IMG/VR virus record: IMGVR_UViG_3300027702_000001
Length of the DNA: 64,000 nucleotides
DNA from: a virus
Reading direction: 5' to 3' (one strand)
Shown here piece after piece: positions 18,501 to 24,375 of this stretch. A program made the translations under genes and the position numbers. Within the stretch, counting starts at the first letter, position 1. Every line of letters starts with the position of its first letter. The notes beneath the pieces were generated by a model that saw nothing but the letters and a program-made list of their open reading frames with translations, made no database searches and was not told the origin of the DNA.

Positions 18501-21328
18501 ATTCTTTGGTCATTAGAAGTCGAACCAAGTGATGCAACGTTTAGTTTGTCACCAGGAAGATAGTATGAACCATTGTCAGACAATACAGTGGATTCTGCAT
18601 CAGCAATACCAAGAACACGTAGTTTACACTCAGTTTCAGTGCCACGGTTTACATAAACGAAGATGTCAGAGTAAACAATAGTACCAGCATCCCAATCTTC
18701 AACCACATCGTTCTTAGAACGAGTACATTCGATGAACTGGTTTAGTGTTTTCTCTTTATACTGTACAACTTCCTCGTCATTGATACGGATTGTACCGTTT
18801 CTTTCTGGCCAACCGATAGTAGAGTCAACTGTAATAATGGACTCAGTAGTAGAAAGTTCCTCAACAAGGAGTGTTCTGTATGGGATAGTGAAAGAACCCT
18901 GCAGTGTTTCCTCAGAAATTGCAAGTTCATATACAGTACCAACACCAGTATCGATGGCAATAACGTTCTCAATCAGTGCAGATGCACCTTTTACACCAGT
19001 ATCAACAGGATCAACATACTGAATCAACTGTGAATCGAGTAGATTATCAATGTTACCTTCCAAAAGTTCTGCTCTAAGAACAGTATCTACGTTCCAAGTT
19101 GCAGCAGATGGTTTGATAATCTCATCTTTAGGATAAGAAACATCGACATTTTCAGAGTAAAGTATCTTAAAGAGGTACTGTGTGGAGATTTTCGTACCTT
19201 TCGATGCGTAAAAATCACCAATAGTCTTAATAATCTGCGGAGCATTAACTTTATTATAGTCAATTTCCGCATTTGGAAGATATTGATTTACGAATCTTCT
19301 GTATAATTCCTTAGCAAAAAGATTATCTAGATTACTAATCGTACTTCCAATAGCGTGAGAAGACTGTTGTAGATTAGATTCTTTGCTGTATATCTGATGA
19401 CCTGCTTGGTCAAAGGAAGTAACGGCGGATACTCCGCGTTTTACGTTGATGAATGCTGAAGGTTCGTATCCTACTCCAGAACTATGGATAGTAAAACCTG
19501 TAATCTCTCCAAAACCAACGTCACAAGACGCTTCTGGAGCAGGAGGAGCAGCGATAAAGACCTTAGGAGGTTCTGTATCAGAGTATCCAGTACCAAAGTC
19601 AGTGATATTGATGTCAGTGATTTCACCGTTGAAGATGGTAGCAACTGCTGTTGCACCAGTACCACCAATAGGTTGATTGTTAGAATCCTTTCTATTATCA
19701 ACGATATACACAGATGGAGCATCGGTATAACCCTTACCACCTGTCAATAGTTCAATATTAGTAACTCTACCACCAGTACAAGATACATCAAGGATCTGTG
19801 CACCAACAGGGTCAATAATCTTTGCCCTGATGTTACCTTCATATCCTTGACCTGAGGAAATAATATCAATTCTGTCTACTCTACCGTCAGCATCAAGAAC
19901 TGCCTGAGCAGTTGCATTGATAGCATTATCACCAGTAGGAGGATCCATATACACCAAAGGTGCAGTTGTATATCCTGAACCCCTGTCTACAACTGTGATT
20001 GATCCGACGACGATTGATCCGTTTTCGACTGTAGGATTGGTGCAAGTAGCACCACCAGGATTAACAAACTTAATTGAAGGAATGCGGTCATATCCACTTC
20101 CTGAAGAAGTAACACGCAGTTCCGAAACACCTTCGATTTCATCAGATACAATTGCTGTAATGGTTGCTCTGCTGCCTTCTGGATCAGCAGGTGCATCCAC
20201 AACTACCACAGGAGGATTGTTAGATGAATAACCTTGACCAGCAAATAGAAGTTGAGTGTTCTTGATACCATTTACAAGTGCTTCTGCAGTAGCACCAGAA
20301 CCAGGACCTTTATTTGACTGAATAGTGATCTTGGGAGCAAAACTTACTCTGTAACCAGTACCACCATTTCTAACAAGGATGTCATTAACTGATGCATCTA
20401 CGATTTGGGAGACTGCTGACGCACCTGAACCAAATTCAGGAGCAATCAGTTCAACAGATCTTACGTCAATTGTAGCATTTTGTGAGACAGGTTGCTTGAA
20501 GATGATTTTATCTTCAAAAATTGTAAATTCTTCGAATGGTCTCTTCTCTGATCTATTGACAACAACGATCGCTGCCACAGTAGAAAGAGGACTGTATGAT
20601 TGAGTATTGAGTTTTAGTGCAAACTCAGTAGCATCAGCAGCAACTGTAATGGTGTCCAGAGAACGGACTGGAACGCTTGTGTAACCAATCAGGTAACGAA
20701 TGGTATTGACTGCACCTGTCAACACCCCTGTAGTCGGTGCTGGAGGGTTTACAAAGCGTATCTTGTCGCCTTCAACGAAGTAATCCCTGTCAGGGAACAT
20801 AAAATCGTTATTTACGATCACCAAAAGGTGATTTGAAGACTGAGGTGAAACTGGTTTACCTAACTGCCTTAAATTAAATTCTATCTTTGTACTATCAAAC
20901 TGAGTGTTGATAGGTTCAAATTCTTGGATTTTTCTGTCAAATTCCTGTTTATTGACCCCTGGAGTGAAAACAATGTCAGGAGAATGTGTTACAGACTCGT
21001 AATATAGAACTTCATTATCAATTTTTATAGTACCATCTTTCTCTAAGAAGTAATTTACATTCTCAGCAATAATTTTATTCTGTGTAGCATTAACTGCTTC
21101 TAGTACAGCAGATTCAGATGACAAGAAATTTGGATCGAATTCACCCGACCCAATGTCAACATATGAAAGTATATTGTTTAAAATGTCGTAAGGACGACCC
21201 GATTTCTCCTGTGACTTGTAGTATTCTGTCAACAAGTTGACGAACTGATCGTGATCCTCCTTGATAAACGCAGGAATCTGACTGCTCAGTCTTTGAGAGA
21301 CCTTAATTGCTGTGTTGTGTGCAACCAT
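515..21328 (-). CDS. gp7: Giant baseplate wedge initiator gp7-like virion structural protein (6937 aa, multi-domain)
   Basis: Follows gp25-gp6 as in T4-like phages. gp7-type segments SQIPAFIKEDHDQFVNLLTEYY, GDFYASKGTKISTQYLFKILY and QDSYFYQNFSYVIKS..W..PV..TNHPVG. Also many SGYTSxPxVxIxGG repeats, a YHYH-like segment, two LamG-like segments, helical Cys repeats and a C-terminal Ig-like domain. Confidence 0.8.
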   Translation of the reverse strand: MVAHNTAIKVSQRLSSQIPAFIKEDHDQFVNLLTEYYKSQEKSGRPYDILNNILSYVDIGSGEFDPNFLSSESAVLEAVNATQNKIIAENVNYFLEKDGTIKIDNEVLYYESVTHSPDIVFTPGVNKQEFDRKIQEFEPINTQFDSTKIEFNLRQLGKPVSPQSSNHLLVIVNNDFMFPDRDYFVEGDKIRFVNPPAPTTGVLTGAVNTIRYLIGYTSVPVRSLDTITVAADATEFALKLNTQSYSPLSTVAAIVVVNRSEKRPFEEFTIFEDKIIFKQPVSQNATIDVRSVELIAPEFGSGASAVSQIVDASVNDILVRNGGTGYRVSFAPKITIQSNKGPGSGATAEALVNGIKNTQLLFAGQGYSSNNPPVVVVDAPADPEGSRATITAIVSDEIEGVSELRVTSSGSGYDRIPSIKFVNPGGATCTNPTVENGSIVVGSITVVDRGSGYTTAPLVYMDPPTGDNAINATAQAVLDADGRVDRIDIISSGQGYEGNIRAKIIDPVGAQILDVSCTGGRVTNIELLTGGKGYTDAPSVYIVDNRKDSNNQPIGGTGATAVATIFNGEITDINITDFGTGYSDTEPPKVFIAAPPAPEASCDVGFGEITGFTIHSSGVGYEPSAFINVKRGVSAVTSFDQAGHQIYSKESNLQQSSHAIGSTISNLDNLFAKELYRRFVNQYLPNAEIDYNKVNAPQIIKTIGDFYASKGTKISTQYLFKILYSENVDVSYPKDEIIKPSAATWNVDTVLRAELLEGNIDNLLDSQLIQYVDPVDTGVKGASALIENVIAIDTGVGTVYELAISEETLQGSFTIPYRTLLVEELSTTESIITVDSTIGWPERNGTIRINDEEVVQYKEKTLNQFIECTRSKNDVVEDWDAGTIVYSDIFVYVNRGTETECKLRVLGIADAESTVLSDNGSYYLPGDKLNVASLGSTSNDQRITSWLYNVKKLINISQIVPGGLNNQTATVTCSNNHGLLVGDTVTIYGANPTVFNGTFLVTSRISNTLFEYNIPAPAPNSPQGNILLSVDLNKGKSTEEGISVAIRDFTTNVQNTFFNDNYSYIASSGIPNYQVGPFLGSALLPGNQRKLIRIPRVINTISRRTDTSFGPIGAWVNGVSTWSYKSQTKIKFGGLTGITIDNPGVGYDAANPPVIEINGGGGSGASASVVVNGALSEISVTSGGTGYTSSPLVSIVGGGGFGATATAVITNGVVSKILVETPGQGYISQPDVSISGGGGTGCAATAQVRGPIQSVSINNAGSTYTGSPTIKLNSGEGAVAQAIIINGRIVSIAIIAAGRGYTTAPEIVINGDGYGAIARATIGTVGEDRGKVIGVTVVNRGIGYTTGNTTIRLEAVGELASFTATVFEWTRNLQDELGANFDTARGYVFAGYNTQYGGEYAHLSDPKQLRYVLGDNVFKNQSTQQLQELSTGYQHSPILGWAFDGNPIYGPYGYIDATDQSSGVRRIRSSYRIKPVLLYDVDTNPNPIRADGPLLSNYIAGSFIDDYEYVFQEGDLDQYNGRFCKTPQFPEGVYAYFVSIDATDAGNPVFPYICGPQLYSSPDEWNFSQDAVQTNIPADVVRFRDPYEDVDIDIDRTPNQATDTLVTELGEDLIFEIEDTNRDGLINNLEDTTPIQITEEPVLQLFDYYPKVSTRSVVDIDIETTTKFEDAKVDGFVVENPGISYKVNDKLYFDNEGTDGFGASAKVEAVKGLDIAGYTSYITNDRPYGRITTATEHELRVDDQIIVNSTPILDDTNKTFRVKVIDGVERVTVDQEGLGYSDDIPPTYEIITDSGQDFNIDINRDEGGAVRTVNIINSGSGYSETNPPQIRVSHPQRFKKATYFLAFLKEAGSTLTINDIKVADDRTFYVCGKTTVAGGDTAGVLAKFNSDGRLLWKRTLIPTVPATDDKSLEWKSLYIENSNPHNIYCVGETVPNISNLTHNPDIVVAKYRSGFDNANNPDGLIQWQRDIAGISGSTRRDYASSIRLDQDSRVMIAGYTDSNSTAPDDMWVALMDIDGSVMEKRKIASAAGSEHLHQIEWRTNDTFLFCGISDPAGAANIVIGETYYDTATIEVQWSKQIESGAYQFADPTFAIDEYGSVYVTATAIDTNAKNYGVLYAKFDNQDYTQVAVAKMYVPTGTYTSIKNAGVTFDVFGNIDISAVVERDFNAVQSVSAKISWNTGAVLSAAEVTETSGIGYHATCVANDNSGDTLIAGNKVEADQLAIFNWNTADNIFDETYNDTLKTGTNKQWAATGNAVIDNTKFYNGASSLKLDAPNSMLLQYGTSADISVEWTMEGWFALGNTQYAAQASKPEFFGIVSQLTQEVKVGVDGTSGSANFGKIFLDLNGSTSYSTGTTFWTSFNSEAWVHVAVSKQRPGVGSYIYRIYINGVEAHSVNSSTVDVNMMQATLGPISTPSSTNNWIGWIDNFVVTPSAKYTDAFTAGLVTGTNSVSKAFVYKIDKDKTKLGSFSLDDVETGHTLNVAASSSYTFNTQSVAVNPWIMGPAGIQILDYSDVVSTHVPGVYTVTSTDQSYATRTATIPTQGGKKLLLTTKVIPKFYIRDAKYATIDLVKTIAFNQNATFTKGSILQQYSVIGGNDVVSAYGTVVEVGTSSCKIGKIIGSFDTSKLLKSTAGDVNEMDKEFTVLTTTPVWEQNQNYTVGDVVYSNGKIYTSGTTATAGAIAPVHTSGTVSDGNINWAFTSTAGSFQVDLANSVHGSGTLAAFASWKPFNASDYTIRIQQIYADSDFIKGDTIDADAVNLTFAVDATGKIATFGGLVGVKQFNLQAKLNKDVVPSQALTNTDLVYCSATSRHNYEINDIIFTERFATNEYNGSFFVEEVFTSRDFTFRIRSTAVQDPTFSGTGSSVSNVNIYAKHPKFLFVRGHQYLFDLDDPSNLGYFLSFSKDNQYKLEYPFINIIREGTPGFTDDDSPTPLVKFIINEDITNISYYFDPSRTTADNSPVGEGSFIDVIQSPYQGTFTISSVSSDGLEFDFPLLVEPEKSNAPVGNNEFGNPRSIYSTTSIKAIGPISTIKLVNPGGFYQKLPIVTDIASNREIEKVRILNGGTEYVNGVYYNVPIAGDGDGASCNITVTDDGDFTGVITSVVLTSAGKGYTTASIDIDAIPGILGPLLAGSGGSLDVVIPSEGSGASVFLQGKSIGRIKKLKNNEFGFGYSHDYTLRPEITFPVNLQLFNTAILAEIKITDPGSGYTSTPAVVIEGGGGTGAAAEAIVKNNRLSEVIIKDPGAGYSSEPSVTLKSEFNYVVNIDLGYLQFNFPHGITTGAEIQLRAEDLGSTVGILPKPSSAGLVSLSSSQTYYAIAGEANSLESDQLRISLTKLDAESGSYITFLTQGEGRQILLTEVFGGQATAIVETSRFLEGELVYQGTSLELASATGYVSTNQGWQIGPRILKLENYDGVWTPGERVTGEVSRASGLIDNLSIARGTLNIDSLTNTPGQFIDDVGKPSEIVQKIQDSYFYQNFSYVIKSETPINQWRKPVLETNHPVGFNLFGELAITGGKDISGRKVVSDLVKEVNINAFTNINQITSFANAQPIYTQFNNTEVLFRQKRLTNSEEILTSIVKKIDNISEDFDGIRTQFPLNVEGGSITATEDQMFVLLNGVAQAPGDSFSTSGPSIVFSEPPKAPSRIKFRNITFTQLLITRVQFSELGGIFPLVGNRVRGIISEATGIVVDSGTDYIDLLNIENGPNGGFQEGEFVLNSATGFNSRIGVAGDGTGGIFPVSSKTIFEQGERITNLDGKFAIIEENNLDDGNINTSLVVSRTSGTAKFETGEFEIKFNDIIYSARSNIAATVSAISPYQDEVSQQIIDTVDLSPSSSFFALVFQRVPSITFPNVILDDIGETVINPTEIYDPETTNNQDFLDFEAVRNQEIRYDSLTGNDFAPGTNIRLKKIYFGNSSIRSVHDTRANNAAEAIVKNNRFIAEEAVGRMLAFYPSFTIPTGNVNCEDDIIDMLNLIAWQLEHDGNSEVWDAANFYVQSNTVYHVGGQEAQTVYAMNAARDLANQCINMVNITTEHTTLSQWKDLTITPEYEVVSNSHGDARTLLLANKWYIAYESLHYAKTQNPGYNVSGGDEHCLSDIVDVIEALAYNVAHGGNDFIWEATDRILHYGVTSGDRDTIVNSFTKAKAMSLDIMRNIAVTKAGSHGWNQVTISITADTASPTCQAVAAAITTLMDILITNLGTSASPGTRAAFQAAVTSTAPQADYSQGRTTIPNANACVAQTSAVANFFRIVTDTLQDPTGADPATYQWSISNVPRIAPAYTFTEGETIRSIKHSYKDKSSGGFFNFGQTLKGVSSGAVAEIIGTNAGSKWAYTKGVTGAFTAAEYITNSTITYNNVTVDKLNPGTGTGSLDFSGTSSRINHASNAAFAFGTGDYTIEMWIYPTTVSGTQRLVDFRTASSSSAGSIFLQGTSLKFGIATSDHITGAGAIPNANQWYHIAISRASNVTKLFVAGQQVGSDYTDASDYGNSPITVGASWNNGETFTGNMDNLIIRKGTASYSSGFIPPTVYDFRALDISFGFNGEAPFPMELSAVYATYQQTIISSANADGVELWREEIMTEEVDVSRDAYRECGDIIYKNRYWIAEEAVGRMKAKYPAFTIPGDTGTSSQGTDKCIRDTHSFIIPAIIDDLKLGGNYHTIVAGRGYLEGSGALKHINGELLQSIYTWREVGKICVDIITKDATDLTGEYTNRIRVPNYFASPASSAITTFISDLIDNMLEVMSPTGHRFRDGADLLYFNRGAIADEAVSMMEQEWNVMVNFIQVDKIDIPSRDKCVRDIRDHIVPAVAGDLITGGNSNIQGMIDSYLDSQSNINYIEHELLAMLDALEHVKFLANKALQNLLVGRNENIANIVGTTPNTIDDFYQLQYSDLTAYRKEYDATVNYDLTGSVITESTFYPPDPKIFQGTHRALDSANIIERNARTIAAEAVDIVTKTSAFKHYNFRVPGGKVHCEDDIVDFINSVAHDLRFSSNSEVYDAAALYLNTDMGLSHVTGQSQETIYAYKMARDMSVLAIRNKLGFTPFEDLSAGGGGGQGGNAIGGGVPRGDYDNNATTNKHYDAGNEILNNLRFIASTAVGRGYAQYPNLTFGGYGYQSCIDDVIDILEAMAWNLQYGGNNKVWYATEFYITDANAIQHINSQSTEVKYIFEQARDIAIEVMRQQLVNVNGYTEGYPQYDTTITIDSSSSTTGELTPTNATYNPATGDLTLTKTGHGLVTGDAVQIATYGLKFTCDFDSNQSEHTYPRPLDPSNGALLPVTGSTSSTFTVNVGTTANVTYDVTNAIYNQATGDMFLDIGSNTLDVGRHVKIPDNKLTFTCTKDGNATQHSYPRSITNNDVSVNDYASGKSLTVLEIGDSEFTATNASYVPATGVLTLTVPNHGFANGDNVQIVSNSLNFTCDMDNNYTVHSYPRVSDPAANKYLPVGNVATNTFTVNVGTTGTVNFTPSNVAYNPVTGLMILTLGNGHGLVTGSHLKIQPNSLTFTCEEDDNATNHSYPRTTTTTHTVTAADYNGTTGIMTLTIPQHGFSNGDQIKIADNGVTFTCAQDGNGTNHAYPRSSDPASNSWLEISNVTANTFKVQVLLSDGIPSTNVTAHTFVSATSGGVTWKKDRAYDVPLEVTAATATTVTVNVLASGRTPSTNTTAHTFVSATPNAISAGGNYTHTFTSAAANGIKFKNGRIKVNVNPAPSSEQYPHTFAYASSNAVEGGGNYNHTFVSSTTNSISWITGGGGATRCATQASAITSLMGITVDLFNSGTSNPQNYIDGISRTLPGEWPLTGERAAVRDLTITYDQAGSGACNVESSTISSLFDIVIGVVKDAAAGNGSYFTNQGISRNAPVLNNTLLFGGGVCYNVTSASNILFDLLEDTLGSAPEMYRQASRLISINDLYINREAYYKTVNQYSGYTGDQEFGDTIRKAYIYDLLTDSNAKTIELINTWFDAEGNFVAFPNIFRTYLIFHATATTDMIKHILAGTAPEPGTYNFEPLYKDREMRPTMTAVHKIQQLWHLVYTALAESKLPTVYLKQTIDVGVDVNSDGSISKNNHPFEAYDRVNYTVLGTNIVELDRASYYIHPDTTSSKIYLAEYIDGDKLTSLTPGLPGEIHTLSIARETGITRIPTTYGDRIIPTPTSGGIEPADIFYGTSSGAYAEVIRIQDNLATVNYKVKYLPITVTSSGTPFTNGEMIAKTGATANTGKIIATDNSTYIKVEITGGAFIASDNIEGLTTGATATVNAGIHDRALVNFKQGEFIATDILYSKEDTGKANALIVRNNDGSLIDNQSGRITYDIETVVGEFAPNDVIYGSVTDQIIEVEAFTLLPGFGEYIHSTEITSFVYAGLITDTGVTDTFNVGDVLQLQNSGQSVGHTFVVTEHDLDNNTIYLANETGRFVSIGDNLSSIANDSAYQLAKIPPGSNFPSVYTSGITQVNITTTSAYGKIEKIQQIGLRLIIHLGDTSGTFLKNAQIIGDAGFRAACSVAKTLRGRVKRFFRGFDGVQQNFKLTQTNGTAYFPDPAGHMMIFVNGILQPPGGNNAYTAFSDNIQFTEAPAVGSTFHGVYVGKLRQLDDISFDFDSLRNSFNLKLGGVFYSLTLTDGVQSNTILPENNIICQLNGVIQEPGIGFEIVGSRIIFSEVPRAGSTFVAFSYIGSDVDVIAATVVPPIESGDILQIEGEDETREVALIESSNSLITFEYSGAVKGRNGDALATIEKGRVTEAILTNSGDGYDSRPNVDVISSSGFGARIKALVGLARIDVKNAGQGYAQPTIDVNTTVPDNFFAPSGVGVNGGIDIYDPNYVPPGESQAQGEQAIVIESQPVNTTVNQGQVASFTVIASTNPAGGTITYQWQKKNYGENDWNNITGATSPTFTSPATTQADGGDEFRCGLTAAGATPTLSNAAVLTINIGATTVDNFTPDQIFDDN

Positions 21329-21345
21329 TTTTTCGTATTACGGTC

Positions 21346-23433
21346 TTAGAAACAGGAGTTAAACTCAGGAAGTTCAAATACTGTTGTTGGATAATCAATG
21401 ATATTTAGTGGAGTTCCGTCAAAGTTAATCGCAGTAAAGTCATATGGATCAAATGCTCCAATATTACTGCCATCAATTGTGTAATCAACTGTTGTGACAA
21501 TCGGGTTAAAGATTGATGGGTCAACACCAGAACCAATGTTGATATTTGGTGATTTTGGAATCACCGTGACTGGAATACGATTTGTTCCGTCAGGAGTAGA
21601 ATGTACATCTACAGGACCAACACAAACAATTCCATTCTTGTAATCTACAGTTCCCACCGAAGATTTGAGTGTAACTTCTTTCTCATCCTGTTTTGTAATC
21701 ATAATGAGGTTGCCATAACCATCATCACGGATATTTACAGGTAAAAGTGCCGAAGTATCATTATCAATGAACGATGTTGCTGAAATTGAGTTAGAATCTG
21801 TACCTTGAATGGCAAGAAGGTTCTCTGTATATCCAGTAGCATAGAATGTGCCAGTTTTTACACTGGAATACTTGGGTAAACAACCTCCACCACCACCGCC
21901 AGTACCATCATCACCTTTATCTCCTCCAGAGAGGTCATTAGGATTCTCAATCTCATTTTCAAAGTCAACACACTTGGAGAAGGTTTGACCAAATTCAAAT
22001 CCATCAATGTTCATACCAAGTGTCATATGAGTGATGTTACCGCTAATAGCAGGATCTGAATCATCAATCATTCTCTGATAAGCAGAGATGTCAATACGAC
22101 CATTGAATCTGGATGCAGAACTCTGTTGATTATATTGATCTACAGATGAAAGGATAGTTGTTGCAACTTCGTTGTTTGATAGTGCAGTTTTAGTGCCATC
22201 AAAGAACGCCCAAGTCTTAGGTCTGATATAAAGTGCAATAGGATCAATAATTACTGGTTCAATAGCAGCAATTGCATATTTCTGCAAATCATTCTTGATA
22301 CGCTTCTTAGTGGTGGTGTTTAGTGCTGCACCAGACTTAGTACGGATAGCAACGTACACCTTTCCATACACAGGAGGATTAAGACGCTCTCCACCATATG
22401 CAGTCACTGATCTTGCAGGAGGATACACTTTTTTAGTGATGTATTCGTAATCAGACTCAGTAACCGCCCTGTTCTGACTGTTAAACGCCCTAGGAGCGTT
22501 GTATTTGATGGATAGGGTATTCTCTAACGCTTCACCGTCTTGAGACCCGTCTATGGTCACTAGAGAGATGCCTGCATTATTGATAAAACGCCCTTCACTG
22601 TCCTGAACTCTACCAATGAAGTTAAATCGCTTACATCCGTTTGCATCAGGACCATCAGTACGAACATACTTCATACGGATGACTTCACCAGAAATCAACC
22701 TACGACAAATAACGCCATCACCAAAGATAACGTTATAACGTAGATCATCAGTCTCTTCTAGGAAGTAACCACGAGTTGTACCGTCTACATCAACAATATT
22801 CTGTACAAGGTTGTAAGTATCAATTTCTGTTGACTGTGCATTAGGAGAAATTGACACAAACAGCAAAGAAGTATCAACACTCTCTGCAGGAACTAGGTAT
22901 TCTCTCTTGTTAACGTCATCAACTGTGTAAGAGAACTCAAGAGTGTTTCCTTGATAGATGATAACCTTATCAAACGTCGCAACACCATCAGATTGATTAA
23001 CAGTTGCTCTGATCTCGTTAGGGAGAGTGAACGTGAATGGATCACCATTAGTAGTAGATACAAAAACATCTCCTGCTTGGAGCGTGACTTGCGTCGGATA
23101 TGAGGTGCCATCACCAAGTGCTGCGGTTTGAACACTGAATCTAACACACGCTTTACTTGCTTTGACTGATCTTGGGGTATAGTTTAGTTGCTTTGCGACC
23201 TTGACAACGTTGTCTCTAACAGTTGCACTCTCAAGGAACGCCTCATTCATCGCCATATTAGCGTTGAAGGCAGCATAGTATGTGTTATATGATAATACGT
23301 CCAACAGATATGACGCAGCACTACCATCGAAATCATAATCCGTGAACTCGTCTCTCGTTCGCAGATACGATCTGATAGATTCTCTAATTTCTGTAAAATC
23401 TAATGAGGTTAAATTTGAGGGAATTGCTGCCAT
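21346..23433 (-). CDS. gp6: Baseplate wedge subunit gp6
   Basis: LDFTEIRESIRSYLR, DYDFDGS, LDVLSYNTYY, NEAFLESA, QNRAVTESDY, PPVYGKVYVAI motifs; located next to gp25. Confidence 0.92.
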   Translation of the reverse strand: MAAIPSNLTSLDFTEIRESIRSYLRTRDEFTDYDFDGSAASYLLDVLSYNTYYAAFNANMAMNEAFLESATVRDNVVKVAKQLNYTPRSVKASKACVRFSVQTAALGDGTSYPTQVTLQAGDVFVSTTNGDPFTFTLPNEIRATVNQSDGVATFDKVIIYQGNTLEFSYTVDDVNKREYLVPAESVDTSLLFVSISPNAQSTEIDTYNLVQNIVDVDGTTRGYFLEETDDLRYNVIFGDGVICRRLISGEVIRMKYVRTDGPDANGCKRFNFIGRVQDSEGRFINNAGISLVTIDGSQDGEALENTLSIKYNAPRAFNSQNRAVTESDYEYITKKVYPPARSVTAYGGERLNPPVYGKVYVAIRTKSGAALNTTTKKRIKNDLQKYAIAAIEPVIIDPIALYIRPKTWAFFDGTKTALSNNEVATTILSSVDQYNQQSSASRFNGRIDISAYQRMIDDSDPAISGNITHMTLGMNIDGFEFGQTFSKCVDFENEIENPNDLSGGDKGDDGTGGGGGGCLPKYSSVKTGTFYATGYTENLLAIQGTDSNSISATSFIDNDTSALLPVNIRDDGYGNLIMITKQDEKEVTLKSSVGTVDYKNGIVCVGPVDVHSTPDGTNRIPVTVIPKSPNINIGSGVDPSIFNPIVTTVDYTIDGSNIGAFDPYDFTAINFDGTPLNIIDYPTTVFELPEFNSCF

Positions 23434-23435
23434 TT

Positions 23436-23843
23436 TTACGCCTTCTCTAAGAGGAAGTCAATAGTTTGAACTAGTTGTTCACCGATGATTGTGTAATCAA
23501 TCTCAACTTGTAGTTCATTGTCGTTATCAACGTTACAACGAACATCATTAACTATCACTCTTGGTTCTAAACGCTTTAGGGTATTCCTAATTTCGTCATT
23601 TAGACCTTCAATCATAAAAATATCGAAGTTCTCAAACAACATTGATCTAACACGAGAACCTGTGTTGGGTTGGAACGGTCTTTCACCGAACTGAGTCAAC
23701 AACAGGTTCTTCATTGATTGTTTGATTGCGTTTTCGTTCTTAACCACAGAAAAATCCTCAGTATTGGGATTTGATTTCATCCCAATACCAAAATCTCTAA
23801 ACTGTCTGCTTAGATTCCTGTCTGCTTTGAACCTGTACGCCAC
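23436..23843 (-). CDS. gp25: Baseplate wedge subunit gp25
   Basis: AIKQSMKNLLLTQFGERPFQPNTGS...LKRLEPRV is the gp25/GPW signature; GTG start. Confidence 0.92.
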   Translation of the reverse strand: MAYRFKADRNLSRQFRDFGIGMKSNPNTEDFSVVKNENAIKQSMKNLLLTQFGERPFQPNTGSRVRSMLFENFDIFMIEGLNDEIRNTLKRLEPRVIVNDVRCNVDNDNELQVEIDYTIIGEQLVQTIDFLLEKA

Positions 23844-23940
23844 GATCTGATACTTGTTTTAAGTATTTATCAGCTCTAGGATCAGTTACTAAACATCTGC
23901 CCGATCGGATGAACCAATCTGCTTGATCTACCTTAACCAT
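23797..23940 (-). CDS. Small hypothetical protein (47 aa, MVKVDQADWFIRSG...)
   Basis: Start moved from the track position to ATG 23940, which has GGAG upstream; overlaps the gp25 5' end. Confidence 0.45.
   Translation of the reverse strand: MVKVDQADWFIRSGRCLVTDPRADKYLKQVSDRGVQVQSRQESKQTV
23864..23870 (-). promoter_or_regulatory. T4-type late promoter (ATAAATA) upstream of gp25
   Basis: Minus strand TGATAAATAC about 20 nt before the gp25 start. Confidence 0.55.
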
Positions 23941-23996
23941 TTTGTTCTCCGTTTTTAAGTGAAGAACTTTTATAGTGGTTCCTATCACTGGTCATT

Positions 23997-24197
23997 TTAT
24001 TTAGTATCCTTTGAAATGTGGAGCACCCCAATTTGTTTGGCGCTACCAATTTCCCAGGTAGGAGGATGAAAAGCACAATATTCATTGAATGTAATCTTCA
24101 TCTCCTTGTCGGTTAGATTACAGTTCTTCGCTGCTTTAGGTAAGTTCCATTTCGCAGCGAACAACATTTCCATCGATTCTCGGGTTTCGGGTCTCAC
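23997..24197 (-). CDS. Hypothetical protein (66 aa)
   Basis: GTG start overlaps the TGA of the upstream 48-aa ORF; WNLPKAAKNCNLT-type small helical protein. Confidence 0.7.
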   Translation of the reverse strand: MRPETRESMEMLFAAKWNLPKAAKNCNLTDKEMKITFNEYCAFHPPTWEIGSAKQIGVLHISKDTK

Positions 24198-24340
24198 TTA
24201 CCCTGACCCCTATACCTCTTGGTCTTAGCATTCCGAGAGGTTGCTGTGTATTTTGTGTGCCTTCCATTTCCTTGACGAGTCTTTTTAGGATTTGACTCAA
24301 TAAAAACGCCTCCAGAGAGACCTGTTTTTGAACGTGCCAT
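24194..24340 (-). CDS. Small basic protein (48 aa, MARSKTG...KRYRGQGK)
   Basis: Hand-translated and below the track cutoff; K/R-rich with YRGQGK C-terminus; coupled to the downstream ORF. The track ORF 24136..24375 is an out-of-frame shadow. Confidence 0.7.
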   Translation of the reverse strand: MARSKTGLSGGVFIESNPKKTRQGNGRHTKYTATSRNAKTKRYRGQGK

Positions 24341-24375
24341 ACGTGTTTTGAAACTACTCTAGAATTATAGCACAA

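Noticed and set aside
24136-24375. 79-aa track ORF MCYNSRVV...
   Set aside because: The alternative frame gives a coupled 48-aa basic protein (24194..24340) that fits the gap exactly.
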